DNA of 46,597 nt. Source: Spongospora subterranea f. sp. subterranea (taxonomy: Eukaryota). Location: contig JAUGWO010000133.1 in assembly GCA_049724395.1 (NCBI GenBank), positions 62,001 through 108,597 on the forward strand, given 5' to 3'. Under the pieces are notes generated by a model that did not search any database, was not told where the DNA came from, and saw only the letters and a list, made by a program, of their open reading frames with translations. Position numbers and translations under genes: made by a program. Of the stretch, positions 1-13,711 are shown one piece after another (the stretch's first letter is position 1; every line of letters starts with the position of its first letter).

Positions 1-164
1 TAAATATTATTAACGGTGAACAGATGGTTGGAAGATCACGTACGAACCGGGGACACTGCTTCCATCATTAAACCAATCATGGAAATACTGATTGTCTTCC
101 ATCAACTGGAGCTGGCAGTATGGCCAACCTGTAAACTCTGTTCATCGCAATCAAAGTCCGTTTT

Positions 165-235
165 GCTCAGGTCCCGCCACCGTTTTTGAAGACGTTGAAG
201 GTCCTCTCGACCAACATTCAATCACTGGAAGGTAA
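165..235 (-). mobile_element. Possible PIF/Harbinger transposase relic (C-terminal catalytic-Glu motif)
   Basis: Minus strand reads SSD*MLVERTFNVFK, then after a frameshift RWRDL, resembling the Harbinger motif SSxRxxVERxFGxLKxRWRxL; very short and degenerate. Confidence 0.3.
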
Positions 236-1174
236 ATATGTTCGGTGTATTGTGTTGTGCTGCCCAATTCGTGATCAACTAGTTCCTGTTAGGATCGTTT
301 TCAGTTCAAGATGGCGACTGCTGGGACACGCTCCACCGGTGTTATACAACCGTAGTTGGGGTGTCGACAGTGGGATCTATGGTGCATGCAACAGAGACTC
401 TTCCCAGGGCAGAAGGACCGCCTTTGAGGCCCGGCGTGGCGCGCAAACCCTTACGACACACGTCGACGCGCCAGCGAAACCACTCACTGCTCAGCCGGTT
501 GAAACGCCAGCGCCAGAATAAACGTCAAGAACGCCAGGAGAGTGGGGATGAATCGACGCAAACACGTATGGTGCCCGCCCAGGACGGTACGAAGTTGTGG
601 TAAATTGCGATCGATTTGCCCATTCCGAACATACATTGTTTCTAGTAAACGTCAGTTCCAGTAAACGTCAGCACTTCCGTATCCCTAGGGATGTTGTAAC
701 TCAGCGTGTTTCCAGTACAAGCATCGGCGCTCGAAGTAGAAGTAAATCCTGAAAATCTTTCTAAGCAAAATGGTAAAGGACAATGTGTTCGTGAAACCAT
801 CGACAATCAACACAGAAGCATGATCAAGTGGATAGCAAGATTTGAATCGTTGGAAAAGGAGCAGTCGAATTTTGTATTATATCAAATTTGAATGTTTTTT
901 TTGTGAACAATTGCAATAGTTGATGATTCGCTGTCAATGACGATTCCGATCATATTTCTGCGAATTCCGAGATTATTTTGAAAACTTTATCGAATCCGAT
1001 TTTGAAGTGACAAATGCCTTTCAACCGAACGATGCCTTTGGTCGCATTTTTTAAAAAAATCGGCCAAGCCTTTTTGACGAAGACAAACTGCTGTATGACC
1101 ATGATGCAGTTGCTGATGTTGGCGATGATTACCGACATGTCCAAGATGGCACGACGAATGAATATGAGAGAAAC

Positions 1175-1480
1175 AGAGGAATCGAGCGATCCACTTGAGG
1201 ATGATATTGGCGGCAATCGACAATCAATATAGAAGAATCGGGTGATCCCCTCGATGATGATATTGGCGACAGTCGACAATCATTATAGAAGAATCGAGCG
1301 ATCCACTTTATGGGTTTTGTTAGGACCATGAACAGTCAAAACAGAAGAATAGAGGGCGCCACTTGATAACAGTAATCGAGACCTCGACAATCAAATCAGA
1401 AGAGGGTGGTCCATTTGATGATAGTATTCGCGACGATGGAGATTCAATACGAGAGGAATAGAGCAATCCATTTGAGATAG
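1175..1480 (+). repeat. Degenerate tandem array, ~6 units of 54-56 bp
   Basis: Units start at 1175, 1231, 1287, 1343, 1398 and 1452 with core AGAAGAATCGAGCGATCCACTTGA..GATGATATTGGCG..CGACAATCAA. Confidence 0.85.
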
Positions 1481-1507
1481 GGCCTCGCAGCACCATCAAT
1501 GAAATTA

Positions 1508-1984
1508 CTCCCTCTGTCCCATAATGTCTGGCCGGTATGTTTATTGAGTGGGCGATACTGTCAATCGGGTGAGCTCAATCAGACTCGGCTGACCGTCTTC
1601 AACCCGACAGAGAAATGACCAGCAATCTCTGCAAACTCACCCTTCATGGCGTAACTTGGTCAGAAGCAATTAGTAGATTGCCTGGCGCTGCTCGTTGCTT
1701 GAAACGACATGGTGGTTTGCTTGCTCATCTTCCCCATCAATCTGGGAACCGATTACCATTATTTTTGAAGACTGAGCGGGTCATTCCGTCATGGTCAATG
1801 CAAAACCGCATTTTTGGCACTTCACATTTTCGCAACTGTTGGGGAACATTTGTCACTCTATAGGTTGCTGGGTAGATCTTGCGGAGACCTTTCCATCAAC
1901 CTATAAAACTACCTCCATGCGCTAAAATTCACCTTAATCCCACAGAGTAAAGTGTACCGGCCAGACATTATCGGAACGAGGGAG
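1508..1984. mobile_element. Stowaway-like MITE (mariner deletion derivative), 477 bp
   Basis: ~30-bp TIRs CTCCCTCTGTCCCATAATGTCTGGCCGGTA / TACCGGCCAGACATTATCGGAACGAGGGAG; TA on both sides (1506-1507, 1985-1986); CTCCCTC terminus typical of Stowaway/DD39D mariners. Confidence 0.9.
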
Positions 1985-3364
1985 TATATGATAAACCACA
2001 ACAATCAATATTCGAACGACTGACGGGAGACTTCAGTCGGCTGATTTGAAAATTGTTATTGACCGCCCTTGTTAAGCCTTCTCAACTCATGATGAGGGGC
2101 ATTACCAGGTCTCGCATACTAAACTGAGTTCTGTTGACACAAATGCCGACCATGGAATGTCCTGAAGATTAATTCTCTTCAGAGCAACGCCTGAAGATCA
2201 GCTCAATCTTCGAAGCCTAATGATATGAAGGGGGATTTGACATTCTCCCAGACGGGTTTAGCATTAAACAGTGGTGAACGATAGTTTATTGTAGATGAAA
2301 CTGTAATAAAATTCAGTTATCAACGGCCATGACCAGATCCAGCACGGAATCTGGATGTGGCCGACTGGATTCAACGAAGTTGTTACGTCCGAAGAGAATT
2401 TCTCCATGAATTCATTGCCGCCCAGTTTGGGGCAATTTCACTGATTAGTGCTGTTTGGGTGTCATCTACTGACCGATTCAAGTTGTCCGAACACTTGTGC
2501 TTTGATAATGGTTTGAAAATCACTGTTCCAATTTGGCCAACTGCTGTCGGCCAATAGCAGTCTCGGACTTCGTTCGGACTTAACAACGAATTTGATTCGC
2601 TGATGCGTATTTGACCAGGTGCCCAACGACTTCAGCTTGTCGCTTGTGGTGTATTCTATGCGCTAAATTCCATTATTATCTCCCCAACGATTTGCCGATT
2701 GACCGCTGGTTCTCTCTCCCGCTAATCATCTTAGCGCCGTTTCATCGACCACTCCATGTTCCTGATATACATGTTTCGACGATGCGGACATGACTAAATG
2801 GTTAATGCATCAAATAAACGACCTCGTTTCGCAAACCATTAATCAATTCTTCAAAAAGTAAAACGATTTTGAATAGAGTTCATTTTCGATGTTCCCAATT
2901 TGCGTTGCATTGTTATCGTTTCAGCGAAATTGCCTTGAAACAATACGTTGCCTAATTAATATCTAAATCGCCTCTTTTCATATTTTTTATTTGGAACTGC
3001 AAAGTTTGAAAAGCGTAAGGTTTGGCCGTGAAACCTCTTGAATCGGAACCGGTAAAGATGAACAGGGTAACGGGGCGCCGTTGTTCATCCTGTTTGGCGC
3101 CAAAATCAGGATTCATCCTGGTGTGCGCTCGCCAAGTCGATGGTATCTCGGATCGTTGAGACAGCGGCCTGGTTTTGGAACCAAATAGCGGCAAGTCCCT
3201 CATCACGAATTATGTGGTCTTCGAAATGACAAAATCATATCGGCAACACTTTGCCAAATACTCAGAGGGCCGAAAGAAGGTGCGTCCGAGTCTGGAAGAG
3301 ATCTGGAAATCGGGTTCGCGTGCCCAAACAATTAACATCACTGACCATTTTCATAAGAACGCCC

Positions 3365-5606
3365 ATGGGATGCTGTTGCTCGACGCCGCCAAAGCCGAAC
3401 GAGAAATGCGTCGACGCGTCTCATTTCCAGTTCATTCGCGCCGTTGGCAAAGGCAAATTCGACTCCATCCCGCCATTGAAAAACAGGTATCCTGATGCGT
3501 TTGCTTTTTGATTTCAGGTGGATTTGGTACTGTTCATGCAGTTAAGGTAACGCTTGTCGGGTAAATTCTGAATTGAAATCGGTCCCGAACGCGGTTCGAT
3601 AGAAACTAACGCCATCCGCGGTCTCCGATGGGCAGGGCTTCCTAGCGATCAAGAAGATGGCGAAAGCGCAGCTGATCGCCAGCGAATGGAATATGAGCGC
3701 TGCTTGGCTAGAGAGGAACATCCTACGTTTGCTCCAGTCGCCGTTCGTTCCTAAACTGTATTGGGCGTTTCAGGACGAAGCCTATCTATATCTTGTTATG
3801 GATTTCTTACCCGGTGGTGATTTGGGTAAAAAACCATCTAATTGGTTTTGAAACTTATTTGGTCGACCAGTTTCCCGAAACCAAATGCTGTTTCTTCTTC
3901 GAAACAGCGCTTATTTTTTGTTTTATAAGACAGCGACAGCGATCGTAATGTTCTTTACTAACCCTAATTATGATAAATTATCAGGATTTTATATCAATAA
4001 AAGCGCGTTCAACGAAAGTACAGCCCGATATTTTGCGGCCGAGTTGGTGATAGCTTTGGAGGTCAGATAACATGTTGCTAGTTGTCCAAATTAGCTGATG
4101 CAATTGCATTGGCAACGTTTTCCTTCAGTTTGTTTCTTCAATTGTTCTCGATTCTGACATCGTAATTTTGTCAGGATCTTCACCAGTGCCACATCGTCCA
4201 TCATGTAATTACCGCATTGTAATCAACATTCCCCTCTTAAACGTCCTGCTTTGCCATTTCCTCTATTCTCAGGACGTGAAACCATCGAATATACTACTGG
4301 ACGCGAGCGGTCACGCTCGTCTGATGGACTTTGGTCTTTCCGTTATTCTTCAACCCGATTCCGGCTATACCAGTAAGAATTACAATCAACGACCTATGCC
4401 AAACTATGGTCATGTTTTGCTACATTCCACGATTAAAATGTGGATTCTTCGAAGAAGGAGTGATACTGTTATTGTTATAGCACGTTTAGGAGGTGGTACG
4501 CCTGGATTTGTGTCCCCCGAATCGCTCAATGGTGAATCTCACGGAACCGAACCCGATTTCTTCGCGTTCGGTGCCACGTTGTACTACTTCCTGAAAGGGC
4601 GGGCGCCATTCCAAACGGAGGCCGAGATGATCGAACGCCACGCCGAGCCTGCATCGTGGAATCGTATCGGGAATACGGCCCATGATTTGATCAAAAATTT
4701 GTTAGCCTACAATGTACAGGATCGAATATCCAGTTGGAGCATCGTTCAAAAGCACCCATTCTTTGAATCTGTTGATTGGGCAACAGTACGCCAGGTACTC
4801 AACACAGGTTTTTGCCACTCACAGCAGATTGTCGTTGTTTTATGATTGTTTGAGGTCATCTCGCTCAATGCAGAAATCAAACTGATGTCAGAGACGCCGG
4901 CAGCTCTGAGTGATGGACGGACTGAATCACACGTTACACAGTTTGGCATTGAAACAATGTTACATAGTGGTTCATGTACGGCACACTGGTGTAACGGGAC
5001 CTGACCCACGTTACGGTTTTGCCATCAGCATTATTCAAATTACGGCGATACTTGTCGGTTTTGCGGGTTTTATTGGCACAACAAACTGTTTGTTGGGCAG
5101 TGGGTCCCACTTGTTTTCGTATCATTTCTCGCCGTCGATTGGGATTGTTTGAGAGCTCATCTATCTTTTATGGGTCTTAGCGTCAAGGAATAGGTCCAAT
5201 TACTATAGACCCCAATGCAGCCGCCAATTTTCCTGCCGATGTTTATGCGGTAATGGTTGTCGTGGTTGCTGTCTCATTCGCATGCCCTCAGATTTCTTAC
5301 TCATAGAGGGACGTTCTAGCACCCGAAGAGGTCGTAAAGATTGACGACCAGACTCTATTCAGCGGTTATGAATATGATCATTTACTCCCTAATGAGGAAA
5401 TTGAAGAGAAACCAACAACGCACAAGAAAATGACGTTCCGTCGATGGGACACCAATGATACAAAATTCGGACCGAACTCTCGGGGTCGACCTGTCGATGG
5501 CAATAGCGGGCGAAACACAACTCATAGCCAGCCTGCTTTTAGGAATGGTTTAGCTACCATTAAAGGGCAATCAGTAAAAAATATAAACTGTGAGTACACT
5601 GTATAA
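3365..5606 (+). CDS. AGC-group Ser/Thr protein kinase (STK32/YANK-like), N-terminal MGCCCS, 9 exons
   Basis: Exons 3365-3452, 3518-3546, 3603-3825, 3985-4061, 4175-4204, 4273-4372, 4481-4794, 5181-5249 and 5307-5606 splice in frame. Motifs: HFQFIRAVGKGGFGTV, LAIKK, LYWAFQDEAYLYLVMDFLPGGDL, HHDVKPSNILLD, DFG, GTPGFVSPE, HPFFESVDW and an AGC hydrophobic-motif-like FSGYEY. Confidence 0.92.
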
Positions 5607-6609
5607 ATAATGATATTTTCATTCCTTGTTGCTCTACTCTATCACACATTGAATTTGGTACAAAAACTCTTGATACTCTCCAGACATTTTAAGGGTGCCG
5701 ATTGGGGGTTTCCTGTGCATTGACATTGGTGTTGGGTGATTATTTTTCATCTACGACACAACTTGGGAAGCCACTTGGGCTTCTGTGCCTCAATACAATT
5801 TATGTATTTGATATCGCGGTCGATTTCGGAAATCTAGAACGTACTGTTTGTCGACTGCGTCGTGGAGAAAGGGTAAGGACTTTGCCAGAGCGAAGACTTG
5901 CTCCTCTGTTCACCTCGTCGTCATCGTTGGCACTCTTTGACCGCTGAAGCGTTCGTTTTTCCCCTTCTTCCGTTGTCGCAATCGCCGCGGCGACAGCGAC
6001 GTCGTTCTCGAAATTCTCGCCCGGCGCCGTTGCCATTGTTTGACTCGGGATTTGGGATTCTTTAAAAGATGGTAAAACACAAAGATGGCGATAGTCCAGG
6101 AAACCAGTCCAAGAACGGCGAACTGAAGAACGATGGGAAATCGGTCCGATTCAATATGACTATAAGGAGATTGACGTAACCAGCTGATACCGTTCGAAAT
6201 GGCTTTCGAACGCGTCGTCTTCATTCGAGTTTCGATTGTGCGAAAGAAACCGTCCAACGCATGGGGTCGTGTCGCGTGCCTGACCAGAGCATGATTCACC
6301 ATACACAAAACCCGCACATTATCGTTTTAGGAATTGGACGGCCATCTTCGATCGGATTCAGTAAGTTGATTCCAGATGAGCATATAAACACATGAAAACC
6401 GGGGGATGAGTTTTATGTTCGAAGCAATGGACAACTGTTTTATGGGGGATTGTCATGTCGAGACAAATGAAGTACAATTAAGTTAGTCCAGGAAAGTCAC
6501 TGTTTGAGGAAGTCAACAGAATTTCCAAACCTTTGTTTGATATGCAGTTGCTCATAAACGAGTATTACAAAGACGGAGACGCATGCGGGGATGGAGTCTT
6601 GAATTAGCG

Positions 6610-9600
6610 TTATCTGTTGTGATAAAACGAGTTGAAATCCAGGCGAAGGAGAAGATCGCGCGCCAAGGCGGTTCCGTGCTCGAGAACCAGGCGTTCTTGA
6701 ACACGATGCAGGAATGCAACGTCGCTATCGAACCGATCGACGCAATGATTAAACAAGTCGCCGTCCAGTGATGTTTTCTGACCAACCATCGTCTCGAACC
6801 TAAACAAGATGACGTCAATTGTACAGGCAAGATCGATTGACGCAAGCAAAAAAATCCGAGAAACAACAGCTGCAAACGAAGACTAAATGATTTCAACGAG
6901 CGGACAAGCTTTTTTGCCACCAACGTTTTAGACTGGAACCGAATAAACGTTGCAATTACCCGAGAATAATGGCGAAAATATTTCGAATCAAAACGCCGAT
7001 ATGTTTCGTCTTTGCAGACAGAAAGAACCCGTTCAAGAGACCGACAATGAACAGGTCATGAAGTTCTCGAACTTCGCCCGCTGTTTGGCAACCAGCAAGA
7101 TTCGACTGAAATTCACATTGCCTCTTGTTCAAAACCTAACAGGTGTAAATTAGTGACAAACGGTGAAGAAGCTTCAAATCATCCGTCCAGAAAAAAATAT
7201 AAACACAAAGGATTACTTTTATTGCTTGGAACCTACGGATGAACAAAACTCATCAACTTGTAAACACCTGAGATAATAGCAAAGAAATACAAACAAGTTG
7301 ATTCCGAAAAGATGAAAAATACGACGGCCAAGTGATTAAATAGAACTAAATATTGTGAATCACAGTAGCTTTTTGTTAGAAGAAAAAAGAAAACAAGAAC
7401 CGATTACTTCGGATGTAATATAATCTTGTAAGGTGACAAAAAAGTGTCGCATTCGCTGTACGAATAGGAACTGGCGAACAGAAAGGCTCGACTGTCGAAA
7501 ACCCTGCCATATTATCCGTAAGGCAAAAGCAATCCGCTTGACTTGCAGCAGAAACCCGAATACGGTTGAATAGCCTAAACAAGATCGTTGATCATTAGGG
7601 GAAACAGATTATGCACAACAGCAGAAGGAATTGATAGCCACTCCGATGGAAAGCTAGCAGACGATTGACGCGAACTGTGAAAATCGAAATAAACTGGCCG
7701 CATTGTTACATAGAAACTCGCGACTGCAGATAGGAAAAACAGGAAATCGAGAGGCTGAAGCGGGAGATGAAAAGAGCGAAAATTGGAAAACCCTACTGTA
7801 GTCAGATAAACCGGAATAGAGATTGTGAAATTGTCAATTGTAAAGATAGAGATGGGATGAATGAGAAGAAGCACAAAACGGTAGGATGGAACTATTACCG
7901 TCCAGGGATTGTTGCGATATAATATCGATGAGGGATTCGTTCACTGTGTAGACGAATCGAAACCCAGAGAGATCAGCGGGCTTTTGGTTGGAGTCGACGG
8001 CGAGGAACTTCATGGAGCCGATATCTTCATGATTATATTGTGATGAAGAAACCTGGGATATGAACAGCCGATTGATGTATGTAGCCGTTGGAAGCGGACT
8101 GATGAGAAACAACGATTCGCAGAAGCTGTCGAACAAGTCGCCATACCCCATTAGCATAAACGAGTGCAAACGTGACAAATGTGTTGAAAGAGACAGCCTA
8201 TGGTTGTAGAAATCGATTCAGACCTAATGCCGATAACACATTTTCATAAAACGAAGATACTGCAGAACTAAAGCGGTTTAGGTGAAAACCCTCACAGAGC
8301 ACAGGCTGAAATTGAGAATCCAAACAAGTCAACGCAAGAGATGAGACAAGACAGTTTAACGCAACTTCGAAATCTCAACATAATAATGTACACATTGGTA
8401 GAGTAAATAAATGAAGAAACCAATTCATTAACGATAGCATTGTTGATAAAACGGTCACCAAGATTCAGGAAATGTCCAGGATTATGCAATGTACCCATTT
8501 GGAGAGAGAGCCCAGAAAAGAAACAGGGTGTTAACTTGACGACACCGCTGGCGGATACGATCTGCAATCAACATTTTTATAGCGACTTGCAATGGAGCAT
8601 CGGCAGCAACATATTCTTCCTCGGCATGACCCGTATCGCACCTCATGAATACCTGAATCGGAAGTCCAGAAAATCCATTGCAACTTGCTGAGACCGTATC
8701 AGATGGCACCACATCAACCGCCGATTGGTGTTTTACGGAATCGTGAGCAGGGGAACAGACTGCGTCATCAGGAAAAGGATCTACGGGGCCAGTGAACGGT
8801 TCTGGCGCCGCAACCACAGACTGTCCTGACTCAGATTCGTTAACTTCAGTCAGTACGCCCACTGAAGTCTCATCAATGGCTTGTTTTGCACTGGAAAATT
8901 GGGGGCGGTGTCCGATATCAACGGGCGCACTGTCGTTGCTGTCATAACCCAGAAGGGCATCGCCATAGCGCCGAGAATATATTTGAAAAAGCTCAGCTCG
9001 ACCCTGTCGTTGCTCGTTCTCATATCTAACCCTAATGAACACCGTTCTGTGATCAAAATGTGAAATGAATGCTAAAACTAAAAACCAGTGCAAGTTTCGA
9101 ATAATGGCAAAGAAAGCACAATCCTCAAAAAAATACGGTGACTGAATGTTCGATGAGAGTATTACAATATTGGACTCACTGATTAGCCTCAAGCCGTTCC
9201 AAATCCTGGGCCCTTTCGGAAATGATTGCCAGGCGTTTTGATTCTTTTTTAAAGTTGGCGGCGCTCTGAAGTTCACTATAGAGCATTTGTTTCGTTTTGC
9301 GAACCTGAACCACAGCGTGAGTGTGGATTAGTGACGATCGCCAGGTTGCCATGTAGCACCTTCTGACGAGCTGTGTCAATGATCTCAGCATGAACAGTCA
9401 GCTCCTTAATCGCCGCTTCGTGTTGAGATTTTGGATTGACGGAAACATCGTCAAAAGAATCGCGTAACGAGCGCAATCGTTCCCTAAATGCGAGTTCGTC
9501 AGACGCAATTGCGGCGCGAGCGCGTTCAAGGCAGTTGTCAGTGTCGAACGCTAGACTCCACATGGAACCGTCGTTATACTCGAGACACTCTAAGTATGGA

Positions 9601-12197
9601 TTTGATTGAGGGACCTAAGAAATAATACATTCACTAAAGGCATCACCGAATTATTGTCTGAGCCAATATAATTTTTGATTTGACGCCGAACGTCATGCTC
9701 ATTGCAAAAGGGCACAGTTGCAACAATGAAACCTTCAAATAATAGATTGTGCTCTATGGCTTGAGTGTCTGGGTGCAAACTGACTCTAAGGTACAGCTTT
9801 CGCAAAGATTGTGATGCGATAGTACAATCTTGAGCGAGATCAGCTAGGAAGGTGGGGAAGGATAATGGCTGAGACTCAGATAGACTCAACGACTTTGGAA
9901 AAACACACTCAACAATATGGATACAAAACACACGGAGCGAGAATGCGAATAGCATGCGTAAAGTCGACCCAATGTGAACCTGGTATGGAATCAGTACAGC
10001 GTGATGGCAGACACAAAAAGACATGAACTGAACAATTTGGCAACACGTTGTTAACTGAATTGGGAATCAAAAACATGAACGACGAGTATTCCTACCATGT
10101 TTTCGTGCTGGATGCACTGATTGAAAAGTCCTGAAAGAAAACCGACATCGGACCTGAGGGATCGTGATTAGAAAAAAGTAGAGATTGCGGTTGTGGCTCA
10201 AGCGCTTACGCATCGGTTGGAATCAGTTTTAAAACGGTAACCAGATGGCAAAAGCGTCGGACAGAGAGACCAACTGGCTGTGAAGCAGAATGAAGATTAA
10301 ATAAAGAGGATATCGACTGTCTGGAGGACGCAACGAGCTGGTAATAACCAAGGACGTGATTGTGCAATGCGCGTTGAAATCGGCGACGAGGAGATTCCAT
10401 GTCAAATTCGATATTGATGATGCTCTGGATCTCAAGGGCAGCATTGCCACCTGCTGCAAACACAGCCAGCATTGACATGGTATTTTCCCGACTGAGATTC
10501 ACCTGTAGAAAACATGGTCATTATCCCACGACAGAGCTGCAACAAACGCAGATAGATTCGAGTCCAAATCCTAGCAGAACTCTTTGAACCCCCTCTGAAA
10601 AAACCGAAATTCGTGAAGGAAATAATGGTAAATGAGAACCCAAAATTGGTGTACAGGTAGCGTACGATTCTGCAAGGCCGAATAGTTATTTGACCCTCAG
10701 CACTGATTAGGAAGGGCTCAGTGACGATGCCCTGGAGTACCAAACATGACGACTCGATCAATGCCGATTCGGACATCAACACTGCATCACATGCAAACAT
10801 CGATCGTCGATATTCGTACTCAAACGAGATAAGATCATTCGCCCAAAATCCCTTAACAATACAGAAAGTCAATTGAGGCATTTGTAAGAAGCTAGACATT
10901 TTAAGAAATCAATATGAAATGAACGCGAAATTGCGTAACAGAAAACCGAGAAATTGTGTTTCAAAACGAAACAAAAACACATACTGAGATTTTGTCAGAA
11001 GGTGAATTACACGGGTTTGACAATAAATCCAGGAAATTACTCCTTAGATCAAGGTCGGTAGCGTAGGGCTGAGCACGATTGACGGGATCAGGAGAAGGAG
11101 CTGGGGCAGCACCGAGCAGAAACAAAGGATATTCAACAGTGGACGTCTTTTTTTCCTGGCGCTGATGATATTCGCGTAGAGTCGGCAACGTTTGAAGGGC
11201 CTCGCATGGCATTGGATGCGACCAAACTAAGAGCTAATCAGACAAAGGAACCCAATGATATCCGGTTAATAGCCCTACAAGTCGTCTCGGTTGAAACCTT
11301 ATACTCAAGATCGTCATTAAAAGGCGATTGAGACAAAGAGGATGACTCCAGAAACAGCGCGTCCGCTTCTCGTTCTATAAAGGTTCAGAGCTCCCAAAAT
11401 TGATTTATCGTGACGATATACGTTTGAACTTGGGACGAAACAGAGATAACAGAACGTATAGGACCGGATATAAGCTTGTGAACTGCTGCGAACGTGCGGC
11501 TTCTCCTTCAACATCATTTAGGGCAACAAGGCGCATTCTAAACATGCCATATATCAGCAGACTGAAAAGTCTGGATATAAAGATATTGAAAGCAACACGA
11601 AATCAACAATCATCCCTTTGAGATAATCTCTGCTCGCCTCGTTAGGGAACAGATTCGTCCAAACATGTGAAATGGAATTTTTCGTTGAGAGTGCAATTGG
11701 TTGGACTTACGATTTGGCGGTTTCAATTAAGCGTTGAAATCGAGACGATTCATCAGATTGGTTGTTGGAACAAAGGGTGAGATGACATTGGAGAAGACGA
11801 TCATGGACGAATGAGGCGATGAACTCCGAGCTTGGATTCGCGATTTGCGCTGATGCTGGCAAAAAATTCTAAGCAAAACAAATGCAAATTAGGCCGTTTT
11901 CTTCAACAAGTATTTCTCGTTTATGCCGTATCACACAAAACTGGATCCGAAGTGTGACAATTGGTCAGGACAGATAAAAGAAAGTAATTTGAAAGAATTC
12001 GAACAAACTGTCACTGGAAAAATAGAGGATCAAATATGAAGAAGAGACTTGAGATCGGCGCGACTGACATTCAATAACAACTTATAGGTCAAGTATCGAG
12101 TTGGCGGATCGAAATCTTTATCCACATCAGGAACACGGGAAAGGCGCTGCTCAAAATAGTCGATGGCTTCGACGATACTGTGGCCATACGCGACCAT
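6610..12197 (-). CDS. TUBGCP6: Gamma-tubulin complex component (Spc97/Spc98 family), GCP6-like, multi-exon; start codon tentative
   Basis: Exonic motifs: MSESALIESSCLVLQGI and FQRALHNHVLGYYQLV (GRIP1), a central coiled-coil/low-complexity insert, FMLMGYGDLFDSFCESLF and FVYTVNESLIDIISQQSL (GRIP2), and C-terminal LARDLLLRLDFNSFY* ending at 6610. The long N-terminus and central insert point to GCP6. Putative start MVAYGHSIVEAIDYFE at 12197. Confidence 0.75.
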
Positions 12198-12359
12198 AGA
12201 TTGAGGATTCGTGATGACCTGAAAGTGAAACCCGGAAAGGCGGTTAATACATATGGTGATATATGGCGGACATTGGAGTCGTCCTTCTGTTGTGTGTGTA
12301 GAGCTCCCCCTCCCAAGATGGATGGAACCGGGCTGTAGTCAGAACCAGCTGAAAACCCC

Positions 12360-13490
12360 ATCACCTAACTATTTCCCTGACCTGTTGCAGTATTGCCTAC
12401 GACTTATAAGCTTCGGATGTCACATCACGTTCATTTTTTGATTTACAGAAAAAAATCTTTGTTTATCATAATGCGTCGATAATTGTTTCAAAAGGCAAAC
12501 GGCGTTCAAAAAGTGAGCTTTATGGCGGTGCTAGGAGCATTTTTTAAAGAAGGGCCCTGATCGATAACGGCATCAACAATAGCTTCAACTCGGGCAGAGG
12601 GCAATGGGCCCACGATCTGATATTATCGAGTAAGCGCAGTGAAAGTGAGTTTGCGACAATATCAATTGCTATTCCATTTAAATTTGGTTGAAGATAATGG
12701 AAAGCGCATCGGGTATTTTGAAATACGTTCGGCCTTTGAGGTTGTATTTACCACTGGTGACTGGGGCCAGGATGATCGCTGAAATGTGACCAGATTGCCG
12801 TTGCTCCAAACGGCCAATGCAGGAGTGCCAACTACGATATCAACATTACCACTTTAGAATCAGAACCAACATTTTAGTTCCGACCAATGATGTCATGCGA
12901 ATGGCAGAAATCTCGCTGAAACTATATTTAGAACGCTCCTGCAAGACTGATTATATACCTCGATATCTTCGTTGACACAGTAAACAACTGCATTGTTAGA
13001 CAACGGAGGTGTTTGAGCGTCTTTCAGCATTCGATCCATAAAGCTAGAGCTGATATACAGCCATTCTGTGCCCAAACAAGCAATTACTAGTCTAGATAAC
13101 GTCAGAGAACCGGAAGCGCTCGACCCAAACAACCGACTTTGTTGGTTGTGTTCTGGCAATGGTGGCGATGTCGTCGATGGTGACATATCGGATGGGTGTT
13201 TTCGGTATACTAACGCAATTCTCATTTCTCTGCAGAACAGCCGCCATTACCGAAAACGGAATTGCCAACCGGTGTGGTGTGAAATCACTGATATGGCAAT
13301 GACAGTCCCACTGTTTCCTATTGCTGCTGTGTCGTCACTTGTAAAACAATACAAGTCAAAGGAGGACACGGCAATATGCGCTATAACAGAGCTACATCCG
13401 ACGTCATTCACATTGTGATCACATCTCTACCGAAACGCCTCCGTAAAAGGTACAGAGATTTCCCATATACCAATATTCGTGAGTATCATT
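12360..13490 (-). CDS. Hypothetical multi-exon gene, boundaries uncertain
   Basis: Open exon-like segments bounded by GT/AG-like sites on the minus strand; no recognisable domain. Confidence 0.25.
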
Positions 13491-13711
13491 TTGCGGTGAT
13501 CTGCTTTGTGATAAGGATTCAACATCGATAACAGAACAGAGGGTATTGGAGAAAGAAAACCTTGAGATTTGTCTGAGAACAAGTGGAAAAACACAACAAC
13601 GGAATAAAAAAATAAACACATGCCGCCGAAGTTGAATTTACAGCATGTTTCGGTCTGTATTCGAGGTCCGTGTCCAAAACAGTAAATACCGTCGAAGCAA
13701 AACAATTTACG

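Noticed and set aside
1175..1480. CRISPR-like repeat/spacer array
   Set aside because: Units are similar along their whole length, repeats are not identical, no cas genes are present and the context is eukaryotic.
5800..6317. Short minus-strand ORFs (78 and 135 aa) between the kinase and GCP6
   Set aside because: They overlap in different frames and have no recognisable domain; I cannot tell which, if either, is real.
9276..9278. Overlapping stop/start of ORFs 9276-9563 and 8482-9276 suggesting translational coupling or frameshifting
   Set aside because: Both are exon pieces of the spliced GCP6-like gene; the intervening frame (9176-9391) carries the likely exon.
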